Below are positions 1 through 9,721 of a stretch of 40,847 nucleotides of DNA, piece after piece. Both the position numbers and the translations under genes were made by a program. Below the pieces are notes generated by a model, which ran no database searches, had not been told where the DNA came from, and saw only the letters and a list, made by a program, of their open reading frames with translations. Within the stretch, counting starts at the first letter, position 1, and the number at the start of each line of letters is the position of its first letter. Origin of the DNA: an uncultured beta proteobacterium. GTDB lineage: Bacteria; Pseudomonadota; Gammaproteobacteria; Burkholderiales; Burkholderiaceae_C. The stretch is taken from NCBI GenBank assembly GCA_903856025.1, contig CAIOAQ010000368.1, positions 1-40,847 on the forward strand, read 5' to 3'.

Positions 1-2
1 AC

Positions 3-1340
3 GACATGTCGATCAGCCCTCCGGTGGGAGCGCTGAATCGGCATCTGGCCAAACTCTTGAGCGGACAGTTTTATGCTGCCGCCAAGAACGCCGGTAAAAC
101 CGTGCTCAAAGGTGCGCCACCGTTGTGGGAGCTGGCCAAGCGCTTTGAGGAGTCTGCCAAAGGCATGGTCAAGCCGATCACGCTGTTTGAAAAATTTGGC
201 TTCAACTATGTCGGCCCGATCGATGGTCATGATGTGGATACCCTGGTGACGGTGTTGGAAAACATCAAACATCTCAAGGGACCACAGTTTTTGCATGTGG
301 TCACCAAAAAAGGGCAGGGTTACAAACTCGCCGAGGTGGACCCCATCGCGTACCATGGCCCGGGCAAGTTTGACCCGGCGGTGGGGCTGCAAAAAAGCAC
401 CGTGTCTGCCAAGGCCACCTTCACCCAGGTATTTGGGGACTGGCTGTGCGACATGGCAGCGGCAGACGACCGTCTGGTGGGTATCACTCCGGCCATGCGT
501 GAAGGCTCGGGCATGGTGGAGTTTCACCAGCGTTTCCCTGATCGTTATTTTGACGTGGGCATTGCAGAACAGCATGCGGTGACCTTCGCCGCAGGGTTGG
601 CCTGCGAGGGTTTGAAGCCGGTGGTGGCGATTTACTCCACTTTCCTGCAGCGTGCCTATGACCAGCTGATCCACGATGTGGCTCTGCAAAACCTGCCGGT
701 GGTCTTTGCGCTGGATCGTGCAGGGTTGGTGGGCGCCGATGGAGCCACCCACGCAGGTGCGTACGATATTTCCTTTTTACGCTGTATCCCCAATGTCAGC
801 TTGGCGTGCCCGGCTGATGAAAACGAATGCCGCATGCTGCTTTCCACCGCCTATGCACAAAACCACCCTGTGGCTGTGCGTTACCCGCGCGGTGCAGGTG
901 CCGGTGTACCAGTGACGTGCACACTGGATTCGCTGCCTTTTGGCAAGGGTGAAATCCGTCGCACGGGCGAGCGTGTCGCGATTCTGGCTTTTGGTACTTT
1001 GCTTTACCCGGCATTGCAAGCGGCTGAGAAATTGAACGCCACGGTCGTCAACATGCGTTGGGTCAAGCCCTTGGACGTCGAGTTGCTGCTGCAAGTGGCG
1101 GGTAGCCACGAGGTTTTGGTGACTGTGGAAGAGGGGGCCGTCATGGGTGGGGCCGGCAGCGCAGTGCTCGAAGCACTGGCTGCAGCGGGGTTGGCCAAGC
1201 CGCTGTTGCAACTCGGTTTGGACGACACGTTCACTGAACACGGCGACCCCGTGAAATTGTTGGCCATGCAGGGTTTGGATGCGTCCGGTATTGAAAATGC
1301 CACGCGTGCACGATTCGAAAATATTTACACCATCATTTGA
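3..1340 (+). CDS. dxs: 1-deoxy-D-xylulose-5-phosphate synthase (5'-truncated by window edge)
   Basis: Frame open from the window start (..[11 protein letters not shown]). DXS motifs [57 protein letters not shown]. Confidence 0.97.
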   Translation, partial: DMSISPPVGALNRHLAKLLSGQFYAAAKNAGKTVLKGAPPLWELAKRFEESAKGMVKPITLFEKFGFNYVGPIDGHDVDTLVTVLENIKHLKGPQFLHVVTKKGQGYKLAEVDPIAYHGPGKFDPAVGLQKSTVSAKATFTQVFGDWLCDMAAADDRLVGITPAMREGSGMVEFHQRFPDRYFDVGIAEQHAVTFAAGLACEGLKPVVAIYSTFLQRAYDQLIHDVALQNLPVVFALDRAGLVGADGATHAGAYDISFLRCIPNVSLACPADENECRMLLSTAYAQNHPVAVRYPRGAGAGVPVTCTLDSLPFGKGEIRRTGERVAILAFGTLLYPALQAAEKLNATVVNMRWVKPLDVELLLQVAGSHEVLVTVEEGAVMGGAGSAVLEALAAAGLAKPLLQLGLDDTFTEHGDPVKLLAMQGLDASGIENATRARFENIYTII

Positions 1341-1480
1341 AATATTGACGGAGCTGGTTGAGGGTAAACCCGGGCGATTCGCCTCCCACTGATTTCATAG
1401 AATTCGAGGTGGCTTTTATCAGTCATTGGTGCGTGTCAAAACGTGCTGAGTTTGCCTCGTATACAACCTAGGAGTAAGCA

Positions 1481-2563
1481 ATGGATCGTCGTTCCGTCAT
1501 TAAAAACGCTGGCATCGCGGGCGTTTTGGCTGCAGGCATTGCGCCGGCCGTACAAGCGCAGGGTGCCAATGTGCGTTGGCGCATGGCATCAAGTTTTCCC
1601 AAGTCGTTGGATACCATTTACGGTGCTGCCGAGGTCATTGCAAAAAATGTGACCGAAATGAGTGGTGGAAAGTTCACCATTTCAACGCATGCTGCCGGTG
1701 AATTGATGCCCGCCATGGGCATTGTTGACGGTGTGCAAAACGGCACGGTGGAGTGTGGACATACTGCACCCTATTACTTCTTCGGCAAGGACGAAACCTT
1801 TGGCTTGGGCTGTGCAGTGCCGTTCAGCCTCAACAGCCGCCAGATGACGGCCTGGATGTATGAAGGCAACGGCCTGAAATTGATGCGCGAGTTTTATAAA
1901 GACTACAACATCATCAATTTCCCGGCAGGTAACACGGGTGCCCAGATGGGTGGCTGGTACCGCAAGGAAATCAAAAGCGTTGCCGATATGAAGGGATTGA
2001 AATTCCGCGTTGGCGGTTTTGCTGGCAAGGTCATTACCCGCATGGGGGGTGTGCCCACCAGTATTCCCGGTGGTGAAATTTATCAAGCGCTGGAAAAAGG
2101 CACCATCGATGCGGCTGAGTGGGTCGGTCCTTATGACGATCAAAAGCTGGGATTCAACAAGGTTGCCCCGTTTTACTACTATCCAGGCTGGTGGGAAGGC
2201 GGCCCGCAGCTGGATCTGTACGTGAATGACAAGGCCTACGCCGCGCTGTCGCCGGAATACAAGGCCATGTTGGCAGCAGCGTGTAGCGTTGCGCACGTGG
2301 ATATGCAGGCCAAGTACGATGCCAAGAACCCGATGGCGTTGAAACAGCTGGTTGGTACTGGCACGAAGGTGCTGCCCTTCCCGGCTGATGTGATGAATCT
2401 GGCTTTCAAGGAGTCCATGGCGCTGTACGCTGAACTCAGTGCTTCCAATCCGAAATGGAAAAAAGTCTACGAAGATATGTCGACCTTCCGTCGTGACCAG
2501 AACCTGTGGTTCCGTTTCACAGAAGCCAAGTTTGACAGTTTCATGCAGGCCCAAAAACTGTAA
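1481..2563 (+). CDS. dctP: TRAP transporter substrate-binding protein (DctP, TakP-like family), Tat signal
   Basis: MDRRSVIK twin-arginine leader; WRMASSFPKSLD, GNTGAQMGGW, EIYQALEKGTIDAAEWVGPYDD, YYYPGWWEG; RBS AGGAG upstream. Confidence 0.93.
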   Translation: MDRRSVIKNAGIAGVLAAGIAPAVQAQGANVRWRMASSFPKSLDTIYGAAEVIAKNVTEMSGGKFTISTHAAGELMPAMGIVDGVQNGTVECGHTAPYYFFGKDETFGLGCAVPFSLNSRQMTAWMYEGNGLKLMREFYKDYNIINFPAGNTGAQMGGWYRKEIKSVADMKGLKFRVGGFAGKVITRMGGVPTSIPGGEIYQALEKGTIDAAEWVGPYDDQKLGFNKVAPFYYYPGWWEGGPQLDLYVNDKAYAALSPEYKAMLAAACSVAHVDMQAKYDAKNPMALKQLVGTGTKVLPFPADVMNLAFKESMALYAELSASNPKWKKVYEDMSTFRRDQNLWFRFTEAKFDSFMQAQKL

Positions 2564-2579
2564 TCGGTTTTTTCGTCCC

Positions 2580-2610
2580 AAAAAAACCTCGTTTTGACGA
2601 GGTTTTTTTT
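2580..2610 (+). terminator. Intrinsic terminator after dctP (probably bidirectional)
   Basis: AAAAAAACCTCGT-tttg-ACGAGGTTTTTTTT perfect stem flanked by A and T tracts. Confidence 0.9.
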
Positions 2611-2634
2611 CATCATCAGTTTGCAGTTGGCAAC

Positions 2635-2662
2635 AAAAAACCCCGGGTTTGAGGCCGGGGTT
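2635..2662 (-). terminator. Intrinsic terminator after dctM
   Basis: AAAAAACCCCGG-gtttgagg-CCGGGGTT; the A tract reads as a U tract on the minus strand. Confidence 0.8.
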
Positions 2663-2702
2663 GGTGAATATTGGCGGCCTTCAGAGAGTCGCCGCCCAAC
2701 CG

Positions 2703-4460
2703 TTATTTCTTTTGTTTTTCCATCGACTCCATCATCGCTTTCATGGGATCAACATCGCTTTGGTTGGCATCCGCTGGTGCCAAACTGCCGTCGGGGGCTG
2801 AGGCCGCCTGTGCCGGTGCTTCGGCCTGAACTTCCAGAACGACCTTGTCAAGGTCAATTTTTTCAGCCTTGTCCAAACCGCTCGAAACAATACCGGGGAA
2901 GAAAATGATGGCCGCCACCATGATGATCTGGATGAGCACAAAGGGAATCGCGCCCCAGTAAATCTGCATCGTGGTCACGGGTGCAATCAGCTTTTTGGTC
3001 ACCTTGTCGGTGTATTCTTTTGCAGGTGCGACGCTGCGCAAGAAAAACAAGGCAAAGCCAAAGGGCGGGTGCATGAACGAGGTTTGCATGTTCACGCCCA
3101 ACAACACGCCAAACCAGATCAGGTCGATTCCCATTTTTTCGGCTACGGGTGCCAACAGTGGCACCACGATGAAGGACAACTCAAAAAAGTCCAGAAAGAA
3201 CGCCAGGAAGAAAATCAACAGATTGACGACGATCAGAAAGCCGGTTTGCCCGCCAGGCACCGAGGTCAACAGATGCTCAACCCACTTGGAACCATCGACT
3301 CCCTGAAATACCAGGCTGAAAACGGTGGAGCCCATCAAGATGAACACCACAAAACTTGACAGCTTGGCGGTTGAAGTCAGTGCCTGCTTGAGGAGCTTGA
3401 GGTTCAAACGTCCACGGCTCATGGCCATGATAAACGCCCCCATGGCTCCCATGGCACCACCTTCAGTCGGTGTGGCAACCCCCAGGAAAATGGTGCCGAG
3501 CACCAAAAAGATCAGCAGCAAGGGCGGAATCAACACAAAAGTGACCCGCTCGGCCATGCGTGACAGCAGGCCCATGCGCGTGACCTTGTTGATCAGCGCA
3601 ATGACAAACGCCAGTATCACGCCCGAGCACAGCGACACCACAATGGTTTCATCGGTAGCGACCGTCAGCACTTGCTCACCGGTCACCAAGGTTAGAACCT
3701 GCGCGTAATGCTGACCAAGATAGACCGACAAAGCCGTGGTGATCACCGTCAAGATACCCAGTGAACGCAAGCCACTGCTGCCATCGTCTTCACGAATGGT
3801 GCGTGCCTCAGCTGGCAGGGCCGGTACCCAGGTTGGGCGAATGAAAGTCAACAAGACGATGTAGGCGACATACAGACCAGTCAGCGCAAAGCCGGGGATG
3901 AACGCGCCTTTGTACATTTCGCCAACGCTGCGGCCCAACTGGTCGGCCAGAATAATCAGCACCAGCGACGGTGGAATGATTTGCGCCAGCGTGCCCGAGG
4001 CGGCAATGACACCGGAGGCGACGCGCCGGTCATAGCCATAGCGCAACATGATGGGCAGCGAAATCAGGCCCATGGAGATCACGGAAGCAGCCACGACGCC
4101 CGTTGTGGCAGCCAGCAAAGCACCGACAAAAATGACTGCAAATGCCAGGCCGCCACGAATCGTTCCAAACAATTGGCCAATGGTGTCCAGCAGATCCTCC
4201 GCCATGCCGCTGCGCTCTAGGATCAGCCCCATCAGCGTGAAAAACGGAATCGCCAGCAGCGTGTCGTTTTGCATGATGCCAAAGATGCGCAGTGGCAACG
4301 CTTGTAGCAGCGCTTCAGGCAAAACGCCGATTTCAATGCCGACAAAACCAAAGAACAGCCCGCAAGCACCCAGGCTGAATGCGACCGGAAATCCCAGTAA
4401 TAAAAAGACGATCAAGCCCGCAAACATGATTGGGGCAATATTGGTGGTTAAGAATTCCAT
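2703..4460 (-). CDS. dctM: TRAP transporter large permease
   Basis: Highly hydrophobic 585 aa; LLGFPVAFSL, LLAIPFFTLMG, GTLAQIIPPS, ATPTEGGAMGA, NMQTSFMHPPFG. Confidence 0.93.
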   Translation of the reverse strand: MEFLTTNIAPIMFAGLIVFLLLGFPVAFSLGACGLFFGFVGIEIGVLPEALLQALPLRIFGIMQNDTLLAIPFFTLMGLILERSGMAEDLLDTIGQLFGTIRGGLAFAVIFVGALLAATTGVVAASVISMGLISLPIMLRYGYDRRVASGVIAASGTLAQIIPPSLVLIILADQLGRSVGEMYKGAFIPGFALTGLYVAYIVLLTFIRPTWVPALPAEARTIREDDGSSGLRSLGILTVITTALSVYLGQHYAQVLTLVTGEQVLTVATDETIVVSLCSGVILAFVIALINKVTRMGLLSRMAERVTFVLIPPLLLIFLVLGTIFLGVATPTEGGAMGAMGAFIMAMSRGRLNLKLLKQALTSTAKLSSFVVFILMGSTVFSLVFQGVDGSKWVEHLLTSVPGGQTGFLIVVNLLIFFLAFFLDFFELSFIVVPLLAPVAEKMGIDLIWFGVLLGVNMQTSFMHPPFGFALFFLRSVAPAKEYTDKVTKKLIAPVTTMQIYWGAIPFVLIQIIMVAAIIFFPGIVSSGLDKAEKIDLDKVVLEVQAEAPAQAASAPDGSLAPADANQSDVDPMKAMMESMEKQKK

Positions 4461-4474
4461 GTCAATCTCCGCAA

Positions 4475-5083
4475 TCAGACCGCGCCAGCTTTGGCGGCTT
4501 TTTCTTCAGCGAGCTTGGCAATCGCCTCGGCCAATTCTTCTTCTGCTGTTTTTTCCACAAGTTTTTCGGTTGGATCATCGATCAGGCCCTGCAAGAAAGC
4601 CAACCGTTTGATCAGCTCCGAGATGCCTTGCAACAGCAGCAGGCCAAAGCCCAGTGGCATCATTGCGTACACCGGCCAGCGGATCAATCCGCCGGCATTG
4701 TTGGATACTTCTCCAGAATAGAGCCCCTTCAGGAAAAATGGGGTGCTAAACCAGATGATGGCTATGCAAAATGGCATTAAAAAACAGGTGAGTCCGAAGA
4801 CATCAATCCATGTCTGGGCCTTTTTGGACCATCGGCTATAGAGCACGTCGATCTTGACATGCTCACCATTGAGCAGCGTGAAGGCGGCACACAACAAAAA
4901 AGTGGCGGCAAACAGATACCACTGGACTTCAAGAAAGGCATTGGAACTGTAGTTGAAGGCCTTGCGCACGACCGCATTGACGGCACTGATGACGGTCGAG
5001 GCCAGAATCAGCCAAATAACATACTTGCCAACGAAGCGGTTGAGCGCGTCGACCAGCTTTGAAAACTTCAAAAGGGGTTGCAT
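4475..5083 (-). CDS. dctQ: TRAP transporter small permease
   Basis: 4-TM pattern; SNAFLEVQWYLF, EHVKIDVLY, GGLIRWPV; directly upstream of dctM. Confidence 0.92.
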   Translation of the reverse strand: MQPLLKFSKLVDALNRFVGKYVIWLILASTVISAVNAVVRKAFNYSSNAFLEVQWYLFAATFLLCAAFTLLNGEHVKIDVLYSRWSKKAQTWIDVFGLTCFLMPFCIAIIWFSTPFFLKGLYSGEVSNNAGGLIRWPVYAMMPLGFGLLLLQGISELIKRLAFLQGLIDDPTEKLVEKTAEEELAEAIAKLAEEKAAKAGAV

Positions 5084-5260
5084 GGTGTCTCCATTGTTCT
5101 AAGTTGTTTATTTTTCAACCACCGCCGTGGTTTTTGGGTGCGGTCTTGTGGCCCGCGAAGTTTAGCTGTACGCGTGGGAGTCTCAGCTGAAATTTTTTTG
5201 GGTCGAGTTTGAAATGGTTGGTCCAATGCAACTGCATCAAGCGGCTTGTGTCGTGAAAAC

Positions 5261-6397
5261 CTAGTTTGTTTTTTCTTTCGGAAAACTCCACCATGGCAGT
5301 ACCTTGCGCATGGCCAGAACATCGCCACTTTGCTGGTTGACGTAACCTGGAATCAAGGCCATTCTGGCGTGCCAGTCAGACGATTGCAGCAATCGCCTCA
5401 GCTGTTGGATACCGGGTTGCTCCAGCGCAGACTTCAGGCACACCAGGTGGTAGCGTTCCTGCACCAACGGTACAAAATCGAGTCCGGCTTGGTGCGCCGC
5501 TGCCTCAATGCCCAGGCCTGCATCGCATTGCCCGGACGCCACCGCCTGAGCCACCGCCGCGTGCGATGGTTCAGTACATTCATAGCCAGCCAGGTCGGCA
5601 CCGGTCAAGCCCGCTTGATCCAACAACTCATCGAGCACAACGCGGGTTCCCGAGCCCAGCGCACGGTTGGCAAAACGGACTTGCCGGTTGATGACATCAC
5701 TGAGTGACTGCAGACCCAATGGATTCCCGGGGGCCACCATCAAACCCTGGGTTCGTTTCGCAAAGCCGATGATTTTGTGCAAGCCGGGTCGCAGCAGGGG
5801 CTTGTAGGTGGTTTCGGTGCGAGTCTTGCGACCTGCGTTGGTGAGGGTGTGAAAACCTGCCAGTACACAACGACCCTCGTTCAATGCACGAATCGCATCC
5901 ACGCTGCCAGTAAAGCGCACATCCAGATGAAGCCTGTTCGATGCATCGGGCGCACCTGGGTCCAGGGTGGACGACTGACCACGCAGGGCAAATTCGCGCA
6001 AGGCAGAGATCGCTTCATCGTGGCTGGCATAGAGTGTGAGCACATGGACTTGGTCATCAAATGCCAACGCAAAACTGCGTTCCAGTTCGGCGCGCAGAGC
6101 CTCAATTTGTGGCGCGAGCCGTGCCTGCGCCTGGCGTTCAGCCCACATCAGCTTGGCGCCAAATTCTGTCAGGCGGGCGTTCTGGCCTTTTTCCCACACC
6201 AGCAATTCGTTGCCGAGTTCGTTTTCCCAGCGTTTGAGTTCGCCCCAGACGTGCCGGTAACTCAAACCCAGCGCGCGGGCACCGCCAGAAATGGAGCCTT
6301 GGGTCGACACGGCTTGCAGCAGGTCAATTAAGGGGTTGCGCACCAGTGCGGGACTGGTGACGCGTGACAGGGTGTAATGGAATTGGAGCCTATGCAC
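5261..6397 (-). CDS. ModE-like HTH plus PBP-domain transcriptional regulator (FdsR-like)
   Basis: N-terminal GSISGGARALGLSYRHVWGELKRWE (ModE-type HTH); C-terminal molybdate/tungstate PBP-like motifs (RTQGLMVAPGNP, NRALGSGTR, SHAAVAQAVASG, LDFVPLVQERY); divergent from tupBCA. Confidence 0.85.
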   Translation of the reverse strand: MHRLQFHYTLSRVTSPALVRNPLIDLLQAVSTQGSISGGARALGLSYRHVWGELKRWENELGNELLVWEKGQNARLTEFGAKLMWAERQAQARLAPQIEALRAELERSFALAFDDQVHVLTLYASHDEAISALREFALRGQSSTLDPGAPDASNRLHLDVRFTGSVDAIRALNEGRCVLAGFHTLTNAGRKTRTETTYKPLLRPGLHKIIGFAKRTQGLMVAPGNPLGLQSLSDVINRQVRFANRALGSGTRVVLDELLDQAGLTGADLAGYECTEPSHAAVAQAVASGQCDAGLGIEAAAHQAGLDFVPLVQERYHLVCLKSALEQPGIQQLRRLLQSSDWHARMALIPGYVNQQSGDVLAMRKVLPWWSFPKEKTN

Positions 6398-6409
6398 AGC
6401 AGTTCATAT
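6390..6409. promoter_or_regulatory. Putative FdsR-type operator overlapping the regulator start codon
   Basis: CTATG-N10-CATAT, one mismatch from the ATANG-N10-CNTAT box I recall for Cupriavidus necator FdsR. Confidence 0.5.
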
Positions 6410-6491
6410 GGTCGATGATTGGATCAGTGGCTACGATACCGCATCTTCCAAATGCCATCGGCAGATTTTTCAACCTTATCCGCATCAGCCT

Positions 6492-7232
6492 TTGACTTCT
6501 TTATCTGAAAGCGCCGCGACGGCGCTGCAACTGATCACTGAAATGGACTCTGGCTTGCTCTCCATCGTAGGCCGATCCTTGTCTGTCAGCGCCACGGCCT
6601 GTCTGATCGCCTGCGCGCTGGGTTTGGTGCTGGGTGCCTGGTTGGGGGTGGCACGTTTTACCGGGCGTGGCGCCCTGCTGACTGTGCTGAACACCTTTCT
6701 GGCCGTACCCTCGGTGGTGGTGGGCCTGGTGATTTATTTGCTGTTGTCGCGCAGCGGCCCTCTGGGTTATCTGGGTTGGTTGTTCAGCTTCAAGGCCATG
6801 GTGCTGGCACAAGCGGTGCTGGTGCTGCCGGTGGTGACGGCGCTCACACGCCAAGTCGTGGAAGATGCTGAAGTGCACCACGGTGACCAGTTGCAGTCGC
6901 TCGGTGCCGCGCCTTTGATGCGCAGCCTGTTACTGGCCTGGGACGAACGGTATGCCTTGCTCACCGTGTTGATCGCCTCTTTCGGCCGCGCTATTTCTGA
7001 AGTGGGGGCGGTCATGATTGTGGGAGGCAATATTGATGGCTTTACCCGCGTGATGACGACTGCGATTGCCTTGGAAACAAGCAAGGGTGACCTGCCGCTG
7101 GCGCTGGGCCTGGGCGTGATTTTGCTCGCGGTGGTGTTGCTGCTGAATGTGCTGATCGCGTTGCTTAAACATTGGCGTGAGCACCGCGAAAACGGCCTGA
7201 TGTCGGCCTTGTCGTTGAGGGCATTGGTTTGA
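6492..7232 (+). CDS. tupB: Tungstate ABC transporter permease
   Basis: PSVVVGLVIYLLLSRSGPLG, FGRAISEVGAVMIVGGNIDGFTRVMTTAIALET. Start placed at TTG 6492 (ORF open from 6408); start uncertain. Confidence 0.88.
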   Translation: MTSLSESAATALQLITEMDSGLLSIVGRSLSVSATACLIACALGLVLGAWLGVARFTGRGALLTVLNTFLAVPSVVVGLVIYLLLSRSGPLGYLGWLFSFKAMVLAQAVLVLPVVTALTRQVVEDAEVHHGDQLQSLGAAPLMRSLLLAWDERYALLTVLIASFGRAISEVGAVMIVGGNIDGFTRVMTTAIALETSKGDLPLALGLGVILLAVVLLLNVLIALLKHWREHRENGLMSALSLRALV

Positions 7233-8017
7233 AGCCGATGGCGCTGATGGACAAGGATGCCCGCGTGATGGCAGGTTTGGCTACCGCCACGCTGCGGCCC
7301 GAACCCGTCTTTGCCCTGGGTGCCGCCAGCGTGCATTTTGGGCAGTCGGCACGTGCGGTTCGGGCCTTGTCAGATGTGACCCTGCAGATTCATCCCGGCG
7401 AGCGGGTGGCCCTGGTGGGGGCCAATGGCTGCGGCAAGAGCACCTTGCTGCGCTTGCTGCACGGGTTGTTGAAGCCGACGGCAGGTCATGTTCAAAGCGC
7501 AGACCGTCTGCGTCAGGCCATGCTGTTTCAAAAACCGCACCTGATGCGCCTGTCGGTGCAGGCCAATATCGCCATGGGGCTGTGGCTGAGTGGCACGCCC
7601 TGGCGCACCGCCAAAACACGGGCTTTGGAGGCGCTGGCATGTGTCGGTTTGACCGAATTGGCGCAGCGCAGTGCACGTCAACTCTCAGGCGGCCAGCAAC
7701 AAAGGGTGGCCATGGCGCGCGCCTGGGCGTTAAGCCCGCAAGTGCTGCTGCTCGACGAGCCCACCGCCAGTCTGGACCCGCATGCCAAGCGCGAGGTGGA
7801 GGCGCTGATTGAAGCGTTCGCCAGCGGTCCCAACGCCATGACGCTGGTTTTTGCCAGCCACAACCTCGGTCAGGTCAAGCGCCTGGCCAGCCGGGTGATC
7901 TATTTGGAGCATGGTCGTGTGCTGGCAGATTTGCCTGTGGACGATTTTTTTGGTGGATCGTTGTTGCAGCAGCACTACCCGGCAGCGCATCTTTTTGTCA
8001 AAGGAGAATTGGTATGA
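7229..8017 (+). CDS. tupC: Tungstate ABC transporter ATP-binding protein
   Basis: Walker A GANGCGKS, signature LSGGQQQR, Walker B LLLDEPT; overlaps both tupB stop and tupA start by 4 nt. Confidence 0.88.
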   Translation: MKPMALMDKDARVMAGLATATLRPEPVFALGAASVHFGQSARAVRALSDVTLQIHPGERVALVGANGCGKSTLLRLLHGLLKPTAGHVQSADRLRQAMLFQKPHLMRLSVQANIAMGLWLSGTPWRTAKTRALEALACVGLTELAQRSARQLSGGQQQRVAMARAWALSPQVLLLDEPTASLDPHAKREVEALIEAFASGPNAMTLVFASHNLGQVKRLASRVIYLEHGRVLADLPVDDFFGGSLLQQHYPAAHLFVKGELV

Positions 8018-8862
8018 AATCTGTTGGGTATTTTAAGAAATTTAGACGTCTATCCCCCGTGAAACGGATGAATGAAGCTATTGTTTGTGTAGCGCTTTTC
8101 GGCGTGGCAGGGTACGTGCACGCGCAGTCGATCGTGGTGGCATCGACCACGTCCACCGAGCAGTCCGGCCTGTTTTCAGTGTTGCTGCCCGAATTCAAGA
8201 AGGCCAGTGGCATTGAAGTGAAAGTGGTGGCCCTGGGCACGGGCCAAGCCATTGACATGGGCCGTCGGGGCGATGCCGATGTGCTGTTTGTGCATGACAA
8301 GGAGGCTGAAGAAAAGATCGTGGCCGAGGGGTTTGCTGTGAAACGACTGGAAGTCATGTACAACGACTTCGTGGTGGTGGGCCCTGCCAGCGACCCCGTC
8401 AAGGTCAAGGGCAACGATGTGGTTGAAGCACTCAAAAAGCTCGCGGCTACCAACGGCGCGTTCATTTCACGTGGCGACAAAAGTGGTACGCATGCCGCCG
8501 AACTGCGCTTCTGGAAGCTGGCAGACCTGACTGACAAGCAAGGCAGTGGCTACAAGTCCTGCGGTTGTGGCATGGGCCCGGCGCTGAACATGGCCTCCAG
8601 CATCAACGCCTACGTGTTGACGGATCGAGCCACCTGGCTGAACTTCAAAAACCGCGGCGACCTAAAAGTGCTGGTCGAAGGCGACAAGCGCCTGTTCAAC
8701 CAATACGGTGTGATGCTGGTCAACCCCGCAAAACACCCGCATGTGAAAGCGGCAGAGGGCCAGAGATTTGTGGATTGGGTGGTTTCTCCTGCGGGGCAGG
8801 GGGTGATTTCCAGCTACAAAATTGGTGGTGAGCAGTTGTTTTTCCCGAATTCAGTGAAATGA
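8014..8862 (+). CDS. tupA: Tungstate ABC transporter substrate-binding protein
   Basis: ASTTSTEQSGL (TTTS-like signature), GTGQAI, GDADVLFVH, MYNDFVVVGP, FISRGDKSGTH, LFNQYGV. Confidence 0.9.
   Translation: MKSVGYFKKFRRLSPVKRMNEAIVCVALFGVAGYVHAQSIVVASTTSTEQSGLFSVLLPEFKKASGIEVKVVALGTGQAIDMGRRGDADVLFVHDKEAEEKIVAEGFAVKRLEVMYNDFVVVGPASDPVKVKGNDVVEALKKLAATNGAFISRGDKSGTHAAELRFWKLADLTDKQGSGYKSCGCGMGPALNMASSINAYVLTDRATWLNFKNRGDLKVLVEGDKRLFNQYGVMLVNPAKHPHVKAAEGQRFVDWVVSPAGQGVISSYKIGGEQLFFPNSVK
8031..8094 (-). repeat. Dispersed fixed-spacing element, copy 1 (inside tupA signal-peptide coding region)
   Basis: Minus strand: CGCT acacaaaca ATAGC ttcattcatccgtttc ACGGGGGATA gacgtctaaatt. Confidence 0.72.
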
Positions 8863-8920
8863 GGCAGCGCCATGCCAGCGGCCAGGATGGCCATGGCAGC
8901 CGCCTTGTCACAAGCTGTGG

Positions 8921-9721
8921 TTACGGTGCGGGTTGTGTCACCGTGTTTTGATCCAGTGTGACCGCTGTACCTGCCAAAAGGCGCCCGGTCATGGTGGCAC
9001 CGGTCTTCATGGCGATGGACGTGTGCGACAGAAGCACGCCGCTGAATTTTGAGGTCGTTCCCATGTCCGCTGCGGCAAAGGTTTGCCAAAACACATTTTT
9101 GGCAAGTGCGCCGCCGGCCAGAATAACCTGCGCCCCCGAAGCGACGGTCAGACCCTGGGCGATCTGGAATATCCACACATCATTGGCACCGCCCGTGAGG
9201 GTGACATTGGTGGGAATCGTCAACGAACTGCTCCACTTGTAGGTGGCTGGTCCTAAATTGAGTCCACCAATATTGCCCGCGCCCAATTCCGTAACGTCAG
9301 CAGCCCGCCCGGCTGCGTCGGTGTAGGCGGTGGTCGCGTCACCAATAGCTGTTGTCAAACGCGTGGCATCCGTCACCACGCATGGCAGCGGTCCAGCCGC
9401 ATCAACGCTGTAGATGGCGCCAGTCACCTGTGCGCAGGACAAACCAATGCCTGTTCCGGTAGCCGGGCTCAGGCCGACATTGCCGGTGACGGCCGTGGTG
9501 GGGACGTTGGTGACTTGTGACTGCGCCAAAATAACAAAATTGGCAGCGGTACCAAGCACCACCGGTGCCGGTCCACGACCCAGCCCGTTCAAGCCAGTGC
9601 CTGCGCCGGGAGCAGTGACGGCTATGCCGCCGTCACTGCCGCCGCAGCCAGCCAGCAGCGCTGCGAGAAATAGGGGTGCGAGCGCCAGCCGTGTTTTGCA
9701 GGTGCGTTGGGTGTTTTTCAT
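8921..9721 (-). CDS. Ice-binding protein (DUF3494 / IBP-1 fold), predicted lipoprotein
   Basis: Lipobox LAGC; PVVLGTAANFVILA, VTGNVGLSPATG, AIGDATTAYTDAAGR, GATM/GRLLAGTAVTLD, DVWIFQI, AKNVFWQ; Thr/Ala/Gly-rich. Confidence 0.9.
   Translation of the reverse strand: MKNTQRTCKTRLALAPLFLAALLAGCGGSDGGIAVTAPGAGTGLNGLGRGPAPVVLGTAANFVILAQSQVTNVPTTAVTGNVGLSPATGTGIGLSCAQVTGAIYSVDAAGPLPCVVTDATRLTTAIGDATTAYTDAAGRAADVTELGAGNIGGLNLGPATYKWSSSLTIPTNVTLTGGANDVWIFQIAQGLTVASGAQVILAGGALAKNVFWQTFAAADMGTTSKFSGVLLSHTSIAMKTGATMTGRLLAGTAVTLDQNTVTQPAP

Noticed and set aside
8787-8830. GCTAC-aaaattggt resembling the left arm of the element in the tupA 3' end
   Set aside because: There is no right arm at the required distance, and it is explained by the codons for SYKIGG.
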